From the human T2T-CHM13v2.0 reference genome, Homo sapiens: a stretch of DNA of 64,000 nt. Below the pieces are notes generated by a model that worked only from the letters and a program-made list of their open reading frames with translations, ran no database searches and was not told the DNA's origin. Every line of letters starts with the position of its first letter. Position 1 is the stretch's first letter. The stretch lies in assembly GCF_009914755.1 (NCBI RefSeq), contig NC_060933.1. One strand, written 5' to 3'. Made by a program: the position numbers and the translations under genes. Shown in pieces: positions 15,393 through 28,962 of the stretch.

Positions 15393-18300
15393 AATCTGAT
15401 TACAGCTAATGTGGACATAGTAACCTCTGCTAATCTGGAAAGAAACTGATGGCAGCCCCAGTCACAGTTATATTGAGGATTAAAATAAATCGAGGACCAG
15501 ATTGTGGATCTACATCTTAAGGATAAAGAACCACTAATAAGATTAACTATTGAAAATATAGTGGTTCTGATTTCTTGACAGAAAAATATGTAAAATTTTT
15601 GTAAACTTTTCCCTCAAGCTGCCATTTAAATATATTATGTTGTACTTAGAGATAACTTTGGCCAGTTTTCCCATTTTATGTGGATTTTTTTTTTGCTATA
15701 ACAGTAGGCCATTCAGAAGTAAATTTAGCCATTTCATAATTTCTGTGGATAAAAACTTATGAGTTTAACTGAATCATTTAATATTGTTTAAATTATTTTA
15801 TATTTTTACAATTACTCAAATAGTTGTATTGGACAATAAAGTTCAATTTCACTGCAAAAATATTTTTAGACAAATAAATAAGATGTAAACATCAAAAGTT
15901 AGATAATTTGTCACTGGCCTTTAGGGAAATTTGTCGTATGTTATCAAAAGCAGAAATTTTATCATTAGATATGCCAGTGCAGACCTAACATAATTTGGTT
16001 TCAAACTGAGAAAAATGTGTTCTGGTTATGTATGTGAACATTTAATTATTATCTCGTATATTTATTCATTTACTGAAAAAATTGTTTGGTGAGTAAAATG
16101 TGCTGGAAGGGCTTTATCTAGCTGCTCAGAATACAGGAGAGATCGAAGCAAACAAAATCCCTTCACCCATGGAACACACTTTCTGGAATTTACCAGAGAT
16201 CAACATACGCAGTTCAGCTTTGCTGCACAAAAGTTCCTCCATTTGATGGCTAAAAACAAACGATCCAAACTCTTAAGCATAGGAAGAAATAATTTCCTAA
16301 AGAAAAAATATCACACAGACCAAGAGGAAAGTCAGCAGGCCAAGCCTTTTTCTTTATGGTCATAATCTGCTGCTGGTTAGTTATTGGAATGAACATTTAG
16401 GTATTGTATAATGCCATAGAAAATTTATGTAATTGGAAATATAGATTATATAAGAGGTGTTAGCTTGAAAATAGCAGAAACTGGCCAATTTGGCAAAATT
16501 CAAAATTATTAGGAAGATCAGAGGCTTACACAATGGATAAGAGTTGAAATATTGAGCTGATAAGCTTATTCATATCAGTGGAGTATTAGATGTTTAAGGA
16601 AGAAGGAATAAAACAATAGTTTTATAGAAAGAATGATCTTGTCTGCATGTCAGTTGGCCATGAATGATGTCCAGATTTACCTTCTTCCCTCAAGTGAAAA
16701 TTTAATTTTAAAACCAAGCATCTAATTGACTGAACTTGGTCAAGTTTTACTCTGGCTTCTGAGATTAAGAAAACCAGAATCTATTTTCTATAATTTCTGT
16801 GTTGGAAGACAGGCAATTTGATTTGTCCTTCCATCAAAACTACACACAATAGGTGGTGATTTCTCAAAAGGAAATAGAGATTATACAAGGACAGTCACGT
16901 GAAAGCTGAGCTGCCTAAACAGACAAACAAAACACACATAGAGCAGGCTTGTATCTGATGCAACTTTGCTACTTGATTTCTGCTATCAGAATTACTCAGA
17001 CATCAGTTCATCTAATTTAAAGAACAGTGTAGCCAAAAAAAAAGAGAACATATTTCTTTCCAGAGAGGGACTTTTCAAGAGCATCCATTTGTTTTTGATC
17101 TTAAAAATTTACTCCAACCACCCTCACCCAGAAGCAAATTTGGTTGTCTTATTTTTTTCCCCAGATATAACCTTTCAGTTTATGTAACTCCTTTTAGAGA
17201 AATTAAATGTGAACATTATAGAAAATTCAGTGAGGGAAAAATAAGTGTCCTTGGGCCAGTTATCCCATTTCAAGGAGAACTAAGAAAAAGGAGCTGAATG
17301 ATATTGCATGTCTTTGCACTGTTGGTCAATGTTTCCTAAGTTTACCCTGAGCATAGGTGTGTAGCTGGCAACCAAGTATGTACATTTTTGCTGAGTTAAT
17401 ATAGACTGAGGAATGAGATCATAGTATACTGCTTCAAATATACTGACAGAAAAATTAAAAGCATTACAATAATTTACCATAAAAGATCAGAAATGCATCA
17501 TTACTTTGTCAAATGCCAAAAATGTTAACATAGATTTGAGTTTTATTGATAATATTAAATAAAAACCATTCATTTCATAGTTTAAAAGTCAAGGTAAGTG
17601 TATTGTCATATCTTGAGATAAAGAGCCACATGCTATTTTAAAAGTTCTTCAGTTGTAAAAGTTATGATTTGATAAATGTTTGACTTCATGAATTTTGTTA
17701 GTCCTTAAGTTAATCAATTATATCAGTAGTTTCACCAAAGACATTCACTTTTGTTAAATCTGATGAGTTACTATCAGTGGAGCTAAAAGCCGAAACTTGT
17801 TCAACTATATTTATACATATACACAGAAAAATAAAGAGATGATCCACTGTAATATACTTATCTGTCACTGATATCAGTAAACAATATATATATACATAAT
17901 GGACATTAGGTATAGAAGTATGTTAGCCATAGTTTGAGACACTCTATCTTCAAATTTAAATTTTAAATTGATCCATTCTCTTGCTAGTTCTGCCTTGTTC
18001 AAATAAAACAAAAATCCATAAGATTTAACTTATTCTTTTTCTGTAATAATGATTTGCTCTAAACCAGTTTCAAAACTCTTCTGTTTCACCTTGGGCCCAA
18101 GGAATTGAAAGAGACTCTGAAGAGGATATTTCAGCCACTGCTAATCTTTTTTGATTTCATGACTTTACTCATGGGTATCCATTTCTTACTTTTCAATAAA
18201 TTTTCTACTTTAGCCCATATTGTCACAAATAGCAGTAATCAAAAAGTATTCATGTACTTACCAGTATTAGGAAAAGGATTAATATGAACGCAACCAGTCT

Positions 18301-19089
18301 GTGACCAATCCCATTTTAACTTAGTTGTATAACACTGTAGAGTGACGTAGTTTATTTTCTGTATATGTGTCTATGATGGTGGGGAAAAAGGTAGACAAAA
18401 TAAGAAATTTCTTATTCTTTTATCACTCATGCATTGAAATGGGATTAATCATTGCATCCCTATATTTAAATATTTTTTCCAATGGGAGCTATAGTCAGTG
18501 TCAGCATACAGCACAATTTATACTGAGAATTTCTTCTAGTATGTGAAATTATTTTCATATTTTTCAAAGTAAAACATAAGCCATCAGCTCAATAGCCACA
18601 CATCTTACACTTGGCAAATTCAAGCATAAGTGGGGACTTCTATTCCCCTTAAGTAATAAAAATGAGTAAAAATTCTGACTGATGTAAATGCATGGAACTG
18701 GAATGCTTTTAAAATTTATTTTCAGTGTACTTATTCTCCTAATTATCTTTGGCTAAGTGAATAACCCAATTTGCTTAAATATCAAATAGGATCTTTCTTT
18801 GTGAATAGGCGTACGTTGCTATACAAATGTGACTTACGCTTATCGTAATTAATAAGCATAGATCAAAATTGGTCTGAAGAGTTTGGAGCAGTTGAACAAA
18901 AATTACTCAGTAAAACTCATATAATACAAATACACAATTAGAAATTAATTGTCTTTGTGGAATAAAATATTTCTCAATTTTCAACATTTTCATTGTCTGT
19001 AAAAATGAAGGTACATGAGCTCTTCAAGAGCCAAGACAAAATCTTGGTCATTTCTATAAGTCCGGTACTGTGCAGTGCTGAGCATATGC

Positions 19090-19265
19090 ACACTTCATCA
19101 ATTTAAAATGCACATTTGTAGTAATTTAACATCTCTGATAATTGGACTGTATCTTGCAATCAGGGTCATGTAATAGATTAATGGCTTTTTTTTTTACTTC
19201 TTAGAGTAAAATATATATCAGTGTACCCTAAAATCAATGGTGCTTTTGATTTAGTTGAATATATG
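19090..19265 (+). mobile_element. MER104-like Tc2 MITE
   Basis: ttcatcaatttaaaatgcacattt..tttaacatctctga ... aatcaatggtgcttttgatttagttgaata (degenerate terminal inverted repeats). Confidence 0.7.
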
Positions 19266-19444
19266 ATAGTAAGTATTGACTAAAAGTTTACTAAACTTGA
19301 AAAGCAGCATAGTATGGTAGAAAGATAGATCTAGGATCAAGTCTAGATTTATATTGCTAAATATGGACTGAAGCAATGAAATTGGTAGAATGGCTTGATT
19401 TGAGGCCAAAAGGGAGCGATTTTTTAAAAACCAAAGATGTCCAA

Positions 19445-19562
19445 CTTTTTTTAGGTATAAATAACAAATAAAAACCTTATGTTTTCAAAGCATACAATAT
19501 GATGTTTCATGTACACAAATAGATACATTGTGAAATGAATACCAAGCTAATAAACACATCAG
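19445..19562 (-). mobile_element. L1MA 3'-end fragment
   Basis: catacaatatgatgtttc..atacattgtgaaatgaataccaagctaat. Confidence 0.6.
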
Positions 19563-22046
19563 TTATATTATTTTAACAGATAGGATAACCTTCTACAAAA
19601 TGAGATGGGGTAGAGTCAGTAACAAAATAGAAATTTTGCCTGTGGGTAAAAGGAAGGGTACATACACCCCAGACACAGAAAGTAGGTTTGAGCAGTGAAA
19701 AAGCATACATTTTGTGGGGGAGAGACAAAAATGGGAAATAACTTTGTTATTTTAGTAAATTGGGAGACAAAGTGATAAACTGAAAGAGAGCCAGGCCAGC
19801 TCTAGACATAAAGATGGAAAAGTCTGGTTAATAATTTGATATTTTTGCTATACAAAATTAAGAATCTCAGAAAAAAAGTGTTTTGACTTCTTGGTCAGAA
19901 TTATCTGAAACAGAGGTGCAATCCTGTTGGGGAAGGAGTTGAAAAGGGGCTGTCCATTTATGACCTGGGCAGTTCCCCTTGGTCCAGCATTTCAGATCTC
20001 ACTCAATAAAACAAAAGCCTTGAAATTGAGAGAAATTTTGAAACATATAAATCAGTCTTACAGTACTTTTTTAAAAGAGCAGACACACAAAAGAATTAAT
20101 CTAGTCAAATTATGCTTCTACCAGTGCAAAAACATTAACAGCAATTGCCACTAGCAAGAGACAATGGAAATTAAATATTCAGTTTTTATGTTAGAAGGAT
20201 TTAACAAGAAAAATAAAAAAGGAAGAACGGGCCTAATATAATTCCAAGTTAAATAGCAACCTAGAATACCACAAGAGGGATTCTAGGTATGAAACTGGTC
20301 AGATAAGGAAAAAAATCAGTGGTGTTTACATACTGTGCAAATACGTAAATCCAAACTGTCATGTCAGAATTCTTATATACTGCAATATATTGCTTCTCCT
20401 TGTCAGACTCATCATGTAATAAATTATGTAATTTTGTTTTACATGGTAACTTTTGCTATATTAATTTGTTTAGTATCACTGCTTAGAATCAAACCCAGCA
20501 ACATAAAGTGGAAAAAGTCAAATGCTGACATTTCTAGTCTTGGATGAAGCATTCTGAGATAGAGACAGTGTTGAAAGCATATTGTTTTTATCACTTTCCT
20601 GGTTTTTGTGGTAGCCCAAGAGGGTTGAGTCCACTGACAGTGGAGAGAACTGGAAATAGCAACCTACATTAAGCAACTATACTCTCCATGGAAAAAAAAA
20701 TTAGTTTATATTTGTGGGTCTTGGCCCCATAATAATCAGATTAAAAGAGAAGTCCATCCAAATACATGTATGACTTTCTCTGAGATTTCTGATAACAATT
20801 CTTCTTCCTCCTCTCTCTTTTGCGTCTCTTTCTTCTTCTATTTAAAAACATTTTAGGATTCAGTGAAGAGACAGGTGTTGCTTTGGTACTCCTTATTAAC
20901 TGGCACCTTTGGGAACTACATGTTTCCTGTGTCCCTTACTCTGCCCTTAGAAGGAGCAGATGTGAAGAAATGAAAGACACGTTTGACCCGGGAGTAGGAA
21001 TTAGAAAGGCAATTTTTATTAGAATGAGAGAGGGAATCGCTGCTGCTAGCAAATGCACCACTGTTATGGCTTACTATATGGTTCAGGCTTTTTGGATGGA
21101 GAAATAAAATCAGAAATTGGTTGATTTATCATAAAAAGAAAGCAATCTAATAGATAAAACTTTTATAACAGGATTAGTGAGAAAGAAGAATGAGCAAAAC
21201 AGAGTACTAATTTGTGCCCTAAAATTTAACATTAAAGTTAAGCAAGAAGCATAATGGCAGCCTGATGAGAGCATGATGCTGGTAGGATGAGAAAAGGGGT
21301 AGAGTATGGTATGTGTGTGCTCAGGGCAGGCGGTACAGGCCACATGTAGCCCATTGACCCTCAATTAGTTGTGCAAAGGTAAAGTCAGATAAAAATAAGG
21401 TAAGAAAAAGAATCTCAATTAGGATGATCAAAAGAGTTACTAATGTTCATGCTCAAAATCCAACAAAACTGAAAACACAGCTTTTCTGTCTAGCACAGCT
21501 AAAAAGGTGGCATTCACATGCTATGTCCACCTATTCCCCTGTGTGGTCCTGACAGACTTCATACAGGAACTATAGGCTTTCCTTTTAAATCCGAATCCCC
21601 TGAAGTCATCGCTTTTCTGAAAATGGCAATAATAATTACAAACATCACAGTAACCCTTGCATACAATATAAATTCCATTAACAGTTTCAGCCATCCATTT
21701 AAGACAAATTGAAGCAATTTTTTTTCACTATGTTGGGCATTTATAAAAATGAATATTTTGCTTGTTTGTTTTCACTAATTCACTGGTAAATTTACTTGAG
21801 ATAGTCTATCCGGCTCTATAATTACACAAAGCTAATGGATTTCTTGGACTAAGTCATTAGATAATTATATTATTTAATGTTCTTTTGGTTGCAAGCAGTG
21901 AAATCTGACTGTGTTAGCTCACACAAGGCAGGAACCTTAATGGCAAGACATTAAAATGGAAATAACAGAAATAGTTGAGTAAACCAGACTTAACAAAAAA
22001 TCCAACAAGGACAGCTTAAAATACTTAATGGTCCATTGGTCTAGAC

Positions 22047-22396
22047 CAGAGCAATAAGAAGCAAACTTGTTTTTCCCTCATAAATAGCCAAATAGTAACT
22101 TATTAAAGTTTTACAGGAGATACAGTCCCTGTTGTAATACTCATCTCTACTATTGTGTCATGAAAGCAGCCATACACAAAACATAAATGAATGAGTGTGG
22201 CTTTATTCCCGTATATATTTTGCATGTTGATGTGTGAATATCATCACATTTTCATGTGTCATAAAGTATTCTTTTGACTTTTTTCCTCCAGCTATTTAAA
22301 AAATGCAAATCCATCCTTGCCTTTGGATCAGACCATAACACAAAAACAGGCTGAATGTGGCAGATATGGCACATGGGCCTTCATCTGTCCACTTTA
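22047..22396 (+). mobile_element. MER58B (hAT-Charlie), probably nested in an old MLT1-like LTR (~21870-22650)
   Basis: gccaaatagtaa..gaaagcagccatacac..gaatgagtgtggct..ttttcatgtgtcataaagtattc; hAT target gtctagac on the left. Confidence 0.8.
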
Positions 22397-23260
22397 TTTG
22401 GCCCAGCTTTGCCCAGAACCCTCAAGGAGATTCAATCTCTTTGTTCAAAGTTTAAAATTTTAAGAAAGATTATCTTATGTTCTTACTGTGAGTTGGTCTT
22501 TTATTCCTGGATCTATTGACCTCTGCCAGGTGGTAAGGATTACACAAGATAGATATGGCCTCTGGAAGTTATCCTGGGTATCAGGTATGGTTGTCAGAAA
22601 AAAACCCAATGTGAGTGAGGGTTGTTAGGAGCTAAGCAATCCCTTTAACAAAAAAACCTACTATCATATCATTATATTTTTGTTAGTATCCAGACTATTA
22701 AGTAAATATATGTACTTGACATCGGAACTTTGTTAATCAGTGCATCCACACATGAGCTTTTTCTTGTCTTTTTTCTTTTCTTGTCTTTGAGATAACAAAT
22801 AAGTTTCCCAGATGGGATTCTAAGAGCCTCCAAATATCTACAGCTTTGCCTTGATCTATTCCAAATTCTATGAGATCTTATCAGAAAAATTTCAGAGGCT
22901 TAAAGAAAAAATGTGCTGCTTGAAGAGCTTTAAAGCTATTGCCTACCGGAAAATATCTAACTTGTGAAGAATGACAGAAATTTTCATAACCTGACTGAGC
23001 AGACAATATTCTGCCACCCACCAAGATGTTACATGGACCTGCTCTACTGTTCCCTAAACAAGATATCTGAATACATCTTTGTCTTTTGCAGCAGGATCCA
23101 TCTAAATTATAATTGTTTCTCCTTTCTTTAAGAACCGTTGTTTGGCATTCATAACCCACACAAGGTTTATTGATCCTCTTTTCCTCTGTACTTTTTAAAA
23201 GTTCTATTAATCCTTATTGTAGATTGTTTCTGATTTAATAAAAGAAGATATCATGGCGAG

Positions 23261-23596
23261 GGTACTAGTCTGTTCCCACACTGCTAATAAAGACATACCT
23301 GAGACTAGGTAATTAGAAAGGAAAGGGGTTTAATTGACTCACAGTTCCACATGGCTGGGGAGGCCTCAGAATCATGGCAGAAGGCAAAGAGGAGCAAGTC
23401 ACATCTTGCATGGTGGCAGGCAAGAGAGCATGTGCAGAAACTGCCCTTTTATAAAACCGTCAAATCTCATGAGAATTATTCACTATCACAAGAACAGCCA
23501 AGGGAAAAACTCACCTTCATTAGTCAATTACCTCCCAGTGACTCCCTTACAATTATAGGTGATATTTGGGTGTGGACACAGAGCCAAATCATATCA
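23261..23596 (-). mobile_element. THE1C-like MaLR solo LTR
   Basis: ctgctaataaagacatacctgagact ... ggacacagagccaaatcatatca. Confidence 0.93.
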
Positions 23597-23639
23597 GAGG
23601 GTTTGACCTAATCAAATTAACACTTTGAAAGAAGTAGAA

Positions 23640-23880
23640 AGCACTTTTGGAGGCCAAGGCAGAAGGATCACTTGAGGCCAGGATTTTGAGATTAGCCTGG
23701 ACACCAAATTGAGATATCTTTACAAAAAATTTAAAAATTAGCTGGGTGTGTTGGTGCATGTCTGTAGTCTTAACTATTCAGGAGAGTGAGGTGGGAGGAT
23801 ACTTTGAGCTCAGAAGTTTGAGGTTTCAGTGAGCTGTGATCATGCCAATGCATTCCAGCTTGGGCAACAGAGTGAGATGA
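23640..23880 (+). mobile_element. AluJ, 5'-truncated
   Basis: ggatcacttgaggccagg; gaggtgggaggatactttgagc; gtgagctgtgatc (J-type features). Confidence 0.9.
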
Positions 23881-24232
23881 AAGAACAAAAAACGAAAGAA
23901 TGAAAGGGAAGAACGAAAGGGAAGAATGAAAGGAAGGAAGAAAGGAGGGAGGGAAGGAAGGAAGGAGGGAGGAAAGGAAGGAAGGAGGGAGGGAAGGAAG
24001 GAAGGAGGGAGGGAGGGAAGGAGGGAGGGAGGGAAGGAAGGAGGGAGGGAGGAAGGAAAAAGAAAGAGAAAGAAAGAAAAAGAAAGAAAGAAGAAAGGAC
24101 AGAAGGAAGGAAGAAAAGAAAAAGGAAGAAGGAAGGAAGGAAGGAAAGAAAAAGAGAGAAAGAAGAAAAGACAGAAGAAAGGAGAGAAGGAAGGAAGGAA
24201 GGAAAGAAAGAAAGAAAGAAAGAAAGAAAAAG
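23880..24232 (+). repeat. Compound (GGAA)/(GGGA)/(GAAA)n polypurine tract grown from the Alu tail
   Basis: About 350 nt, almost entirely A/G. Confidence 0.97.
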
Positions 24233-24354
24233 ATGAAACTCAGAGGGATGTTCTTAAGCTAACCTTGAAGTTGAAGCAAATTGCTATTTTGTTAGAGGAT
24301 CTATGGATGGGAGCAGGTGCAAGAAATAAATGAAAAAAAAAAAAGGGCCCCAAA

Positions 24355-24617
24355 GAGTTATATTTAAAGGATTGTATGTAAAAGCTTCATCTGCCCATGA
24401 CTTAAAATAATTTAGATTTTGGACTCTGAACTGACAATATTTTGATTTAATTTTGGACTTTGAGTTGAAGATACAATATTTAATGATATTTAGATTTTGA
24501 TTATGAACTTTGAATTTTGAGCGAATACTGTGCTAGGATGAAACTAGGAATTGTGAGAGAGGTGAATGTTCTTTGCACTTGGGAAGAATGTGAATCCTTG
24601 CAGGCCAGAGGGCAGAC
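24355..24617 (+). mobile_element. 3' end of an MLT1 (MaLR) internal sequence
   Basis: gattttggactttgagttga ... ggtgaatgttctttgcacttgggaagaatgtgaat..ggccagagggcagac directly before an LTR start. Confidence 0.75.
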
Positions 24618-24825
24618 TATGGGTAGGAATAATAATAAGGCTCCCAAGATTCCTGCCACCTGATATATATGTGCATATGTGTATACACATATCAGGTATG
24701 GTTGTTGCAGGAATCTTCGGAGCCATATGTTGCAGGAATATTGGGAGCCATATTTTATATTTATTTATATATATGTGTGTATATATTATATATATTTGTA
24801 TATATAATATATATTTGTATATATA

Positions 24826-26346
24826 TTTGTTTGATTTTGTTTTTTGGAGGGGTTTTTATAGAATTTTTATCTCAATAGGTTTTTGGGGAATAGGTGGTGT
24901 TTGGTTACACGAATAAGTTCTTTAGTGGTAATTTCTGAGATTTTGGTGCACCCAGCACCCAAGCAGTGTACACTATACCCAATGTGTAGTCTTTTATCCC
25001 TCACCTGCCTCCCATCCTTTCCCCCAAGTCCCCAGAGTCCATGATATCATTCTTAGGCTTTTGCATCCTCATAGCGCAGCTCCTACTTACAAGTGAGAAC
25101 ATCCAATGTTTGGTTTTCCATTCCTGAGTTACTCACTTAGAATAATGGTCTCCAATTCCATCCAGGTTGCTGTGAATGCGATTATTTCATTCCTTTTTAT
25201 GGCCGAGTAGTATTCCATGGTATGTATGTGTGTGTGTATATATACATCACATTTTCTTTATTCACTTGTTGATGGGCATTTGGGCTGGTTCCATATTTTT
25301 ACAATTGTGAATTGTACTGCTATAAACATGCATGTGCAAGTATCCTTTTGCGTGTAATGACTTCTTTTCCTCCAGGTATACCTAGTAGTGGGATTACTAG
25401 ATCAAATGGTAGATCCACTTTCAGTTTTTTAAGGAATTTCCAGACTGTCTTTTATTCATTCCCACCAACAGTGTAAGAGTGTTTTCTTGTCACCACATCC
25501 ATGCCAGCATCTATTATTTTTGTTTTTTTATTATGGCCATTCTTGCTGGCATAAGGTGGTATCACAATGTGCTTTTGATTTGCATTGCCCTAGGGAAAAA
25601 AAACCCTAAAACCCATACGGAACCAAAAAAGAGCCCATACAGCCAAAGCAACTCCTAAGCAAAAGGAATAAATCTGGAGACATCACAGTACCCAACTTCA
25701 AGCTCTGCTATAAGGCCATAGTCACCAAAACAGCATGGTTCTGGTATAAAAATAGGCATAAATACCCATGAAACAGGATAGAGAATCCGGAAATAAAGCC
25801 AAATACTTACAGTCACCTGATCTTTGACAAAGCAAACAAAAACAAAGTGGGGAAAGGGTACCTTATTGGACAAATGATGCTGGGATAATTGGCAAGCCAA
25901 ATGTAGAAGAATGAAACTGGATTCTCATCCCTTACCTTATACAAAAATCAACTCAAAATGGATCAAAGACTGAAACCTAAGACCTGAAAACATAAAAATT
26001 CTAGAAAATAATATTGGAAAAACCCTTCTAGACATTGGCTTAGGCAAAGACTTCATGACCAAGAACCCAAAAGCAAATGCAACAAAAACAAAGATAAATA
26101 GATGGGACTTAATTGAACTAAAAAGCTTCTGCACAACAAAAGAAATAATCAGCAGAGTAAACAGAAAATCTACAGAGTGGGAAAAAATCTTTGCACTCTA
26201 TACCTATGACAAAGAACTAATATCCAGAATCTACAAATAACTCAAACAAATCAGCAAGAAAAAAAACAAACAATCCCATCAAAAAGTTGGCTAAGAACAT
26301 GAACAGACAATTCTCAAAAAAAAAAAATACAAATGGCCAAACATAT
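24826..26346 (-). mobile_element. L1PB1-like element with 5' inversion (24826-25591 minus strand; 25590-26346 plus strand)
   Basis: L1PB1-type 3'UTR caataggtttttggggaataggtggtgtttggttac; strand switch at ~25590; the plus part encodes ORF2 ..KRxxx[16 protein letters not shown].. Confidence 0.92.
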
Positions 26347-26351
26347 CTGAG

Positions 26352-26376
26352 ATATGTGTGTGCATGTGTGTGTATA

Positions 26377-26409
<33 letters not shown>

Positions 26410-26425
26410 TTTTTTTTTATATATG
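26352..26425 (+). repeat. (TG)n/(TA)n microsatellite
   Basis: Direct sequence. Confidence 0.9.
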
Positions 26426-28864
26426 GTCTTTTAAATATATATACACATTTATATTATGGTCTTTTAAACATATATATATTTTATGTTATGGTCTTTGCTT
26501 CAGTGTGTACAAAACCTGTAAACGTGAAGAAATATTACTCTTATGATTAGGTCACCTTATATGTCAAAGATAAAGCCATGTTTCACATGTCATAAAAGTC
26601 TGTAATCAGTTGGCAGTTTAAAGTCTGTAATCAGTTGGCATTTAAGGAGATTTTCTTTGATGGGGCTGGCCTAATCAGGTAAATTTTTAGAAGAGGAATT
26701 CTCTTGCTGGCCTGACATAAAGTGAATACCATGTTACGAACTGCCTGTGGAAGGGGGCACATGGCTAGGCTCTGAGGGCTGACTCGAAGCTGAGATTGGT
26801 TCCTAGCTGACAGTACAAAGAAAAAAGGGACTTATAGGAGTAAGGAACTGAATTCTGCTAATAGTCACATGAGCTTGAGAAAGGACTCTAATCACCAGAA
26901 AGGAATACAGACTTGGTTACAACCATAAGTTCAGCCGGGTAAAATCTGAGCAGAAGTCCAGCTAACCTGTACCTAAGCCTACCAAAACTGTGGGATAATA
27001 GATGGGTGTTGTATTAAACAAATGTAGCCAATAATTTTTGTAGCAATAGAAAAATAAATTCAACAGTGTTGTGATTATTGGTCTGAGTTACCAGTTGCTA
27101 GTCTTGTGTGATTGTTGACTATCTCTTATAATCTGTATCTTATTGTAAGTATTCCGAAGAAAACTTAGTTCACATTTGCATAATTCTCTCACTAGTTCTT
27201 TAAATCTATTGTTTCTCTTATTCCTCTCTCATAGGAAATCTCATGGGTTTGTATATTCATTGTCTATTCATTGTTTCTATCCTTGAACTGAAATTAGTAA
27301 TATTTTTTATTTGTCTTTTCATCTTTTTTCTTCACAATTTGATAAATGCTTATGTGCTTTTAACTGCTAATAAAAAAACATTATTAGAACTTTCATTTGT
27401 ATATGAGACTATCTTATGCCCATGTTGTATAGAACAGCTAACTGCATTTCCTCAGCAGGAAAAAGATTCAGAAACACAGACAATTCTGATTTCATTATAC
27501 CCTTGTCCTCTATTAGTTTTCTTCAGTATCTTGAAATCACACTAACTGTGCTTGAGTTCATTTCACCTATTACTGCTTCAGCCAAGAAGCAGGAGCTAAT
27601 ATCCACAAGTTCCCATTTATTTTAGAAATTATTTTTATACCAAAAATATCTCTCAATTAAAATGTGTAAAAGAACAGTTAGCAAAAAATAAATCACAAAA
27701 AATAAACATGTGAAATAGAATAAACCATATTGTAGTTATCAGCAATTCGTTGTGAAATTTTAAGTAATGTGTATCTTAAAATACCATCAAATAATTGTAC
27801 ACAGTTTTCAATAAAACATAATTTGAATTTCCTTAAAAATCAATAATGTATATGGAAGTAGTAACGGTAAAAAGAAATGACTGAAAAAAATTCATGGTTT
27901 CAAAGTTCCTTCATGAAAGTAGAAGGGACAGAATATGGAATGGTAATAATCAGTGCTGATTAAAGCCGGAGGAAATTTTTTAAGATGACATGGATGAAGA
28001 GAATGCACAGTTCAGAACATTTTCTGCCACACAAGTTTGAGGTTGGTGTGATGAAGGAAAATCATTTAAGGAAATTATTAAGGCACAGAATTCTTCCCAG
28101 GTGTGACAAGGTCAATGGTAAGCCTCGTCGGTAATGCCACTCTTGCTTTCCTAAGCCGTCTAAGTGAAGCTGTTGCCCTTCCCTCAGTGTGTTAAGATTT
28201 TGTCAAATTACGCTCACTTCTACTTTGATCCTGGGTTTTAAACTGCATTTCCCATCACAAAAATTTGGGTCTAAATTCAGTTGAGTTTTTTTATATTTAG
28301 CCCTCTTAAGTGTTTTTAGTTTAATACAACTACTTTTATGAATACTCTCAGCCTTGAGTTATGCACTTGTTAAGTGTCTGGTTTCTCATGTTCCAGATAT
28401 TCTGGTGGAATTATGATTATTCTCTTTTCAGGAAGGTGAATATTGAAAGACCTGTAGTTTCTACTTTCCCAATCACCTTTTTTTCTGCTCCGATTTTATT
28501 CATTCCCACAGTACGTTTTAGTAGTGACTCACCCGGATACAAAAAGGAAAAGGGACTTTCATGGTGCTCCCAGGTTGACACTCCATCTGCTTCTAGTAGA
28601 ACTGCTCAATAGAGGATTTCAAGAGGTCTGTCAGCTTCTCCTTATAATGAAAACTCCCAGAAATATGATGATTGCTACTGCTCCAGGCAGCAGCTCCCAG
28701 CTGCTTCTCATAATCACTTTTATTTCTTCCTCAATTCCTGGTTGCATTCACATCAAATTCTTCTTTCATTGCATATTTCAATATTTCTCTGTAAGCACTA
28801 TTCAAAGTTGCTTCTAACTTTCCTGATAAGAATCATCTTGGGTATGGATTAAATTTAACATTAC

Positions 28865-28962
28865 CAAACCTCTCTGTTACATAGACTGATTCCGTAGAAT
28901 CTGTATGTTTGACAAGTATCCAAAGTGATTCTTGCCTGCGGGGACATTTCAAAATCATAGGA
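28865..28962. mobile_element. MER5-like hAT MITE fragment
   Basis: gaatctgtatgtttgacaagtatccaaagtgattct. Confidence 0.55.

Larger units (their letters stand above)
24618..27065 (+). mobile_element. MLT1E-like 3' LTR split by an L1PB insertion (pieces ~24618-24665 and ~26490-27065)
   Basis: ggctcccaagattcctgccacctg start; atgattaggtcaccttatat..taatcagttggc; aggaactgaattctgc; ends gcaatagaaaaataaattca. Confidence 0.8.

Noticed and set aside
17565-17600. Possible 13-nt micro-exon (tttcatag|tttaaaagtcaag|gtaagt)
   Set aside because: Not frame-preserving, no partner exons, and such motifs are expected by chance in 64 kb
23926-24333. 135-aa Lys/Glu/Arg/Gly-rich ORF
   Set aside because: Translation of a purine microsatellite, which cannot contain stop codons
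26597-26640. Short tandem duplications (aaagtctgtaatcagttggca twice; also ~13086-13128, ~40376-40407, ~49065-49082) as a CRISPR-like array
   Set aside because: Only two units each, no spacers, eukaryotic context; ordinary slippage duplications
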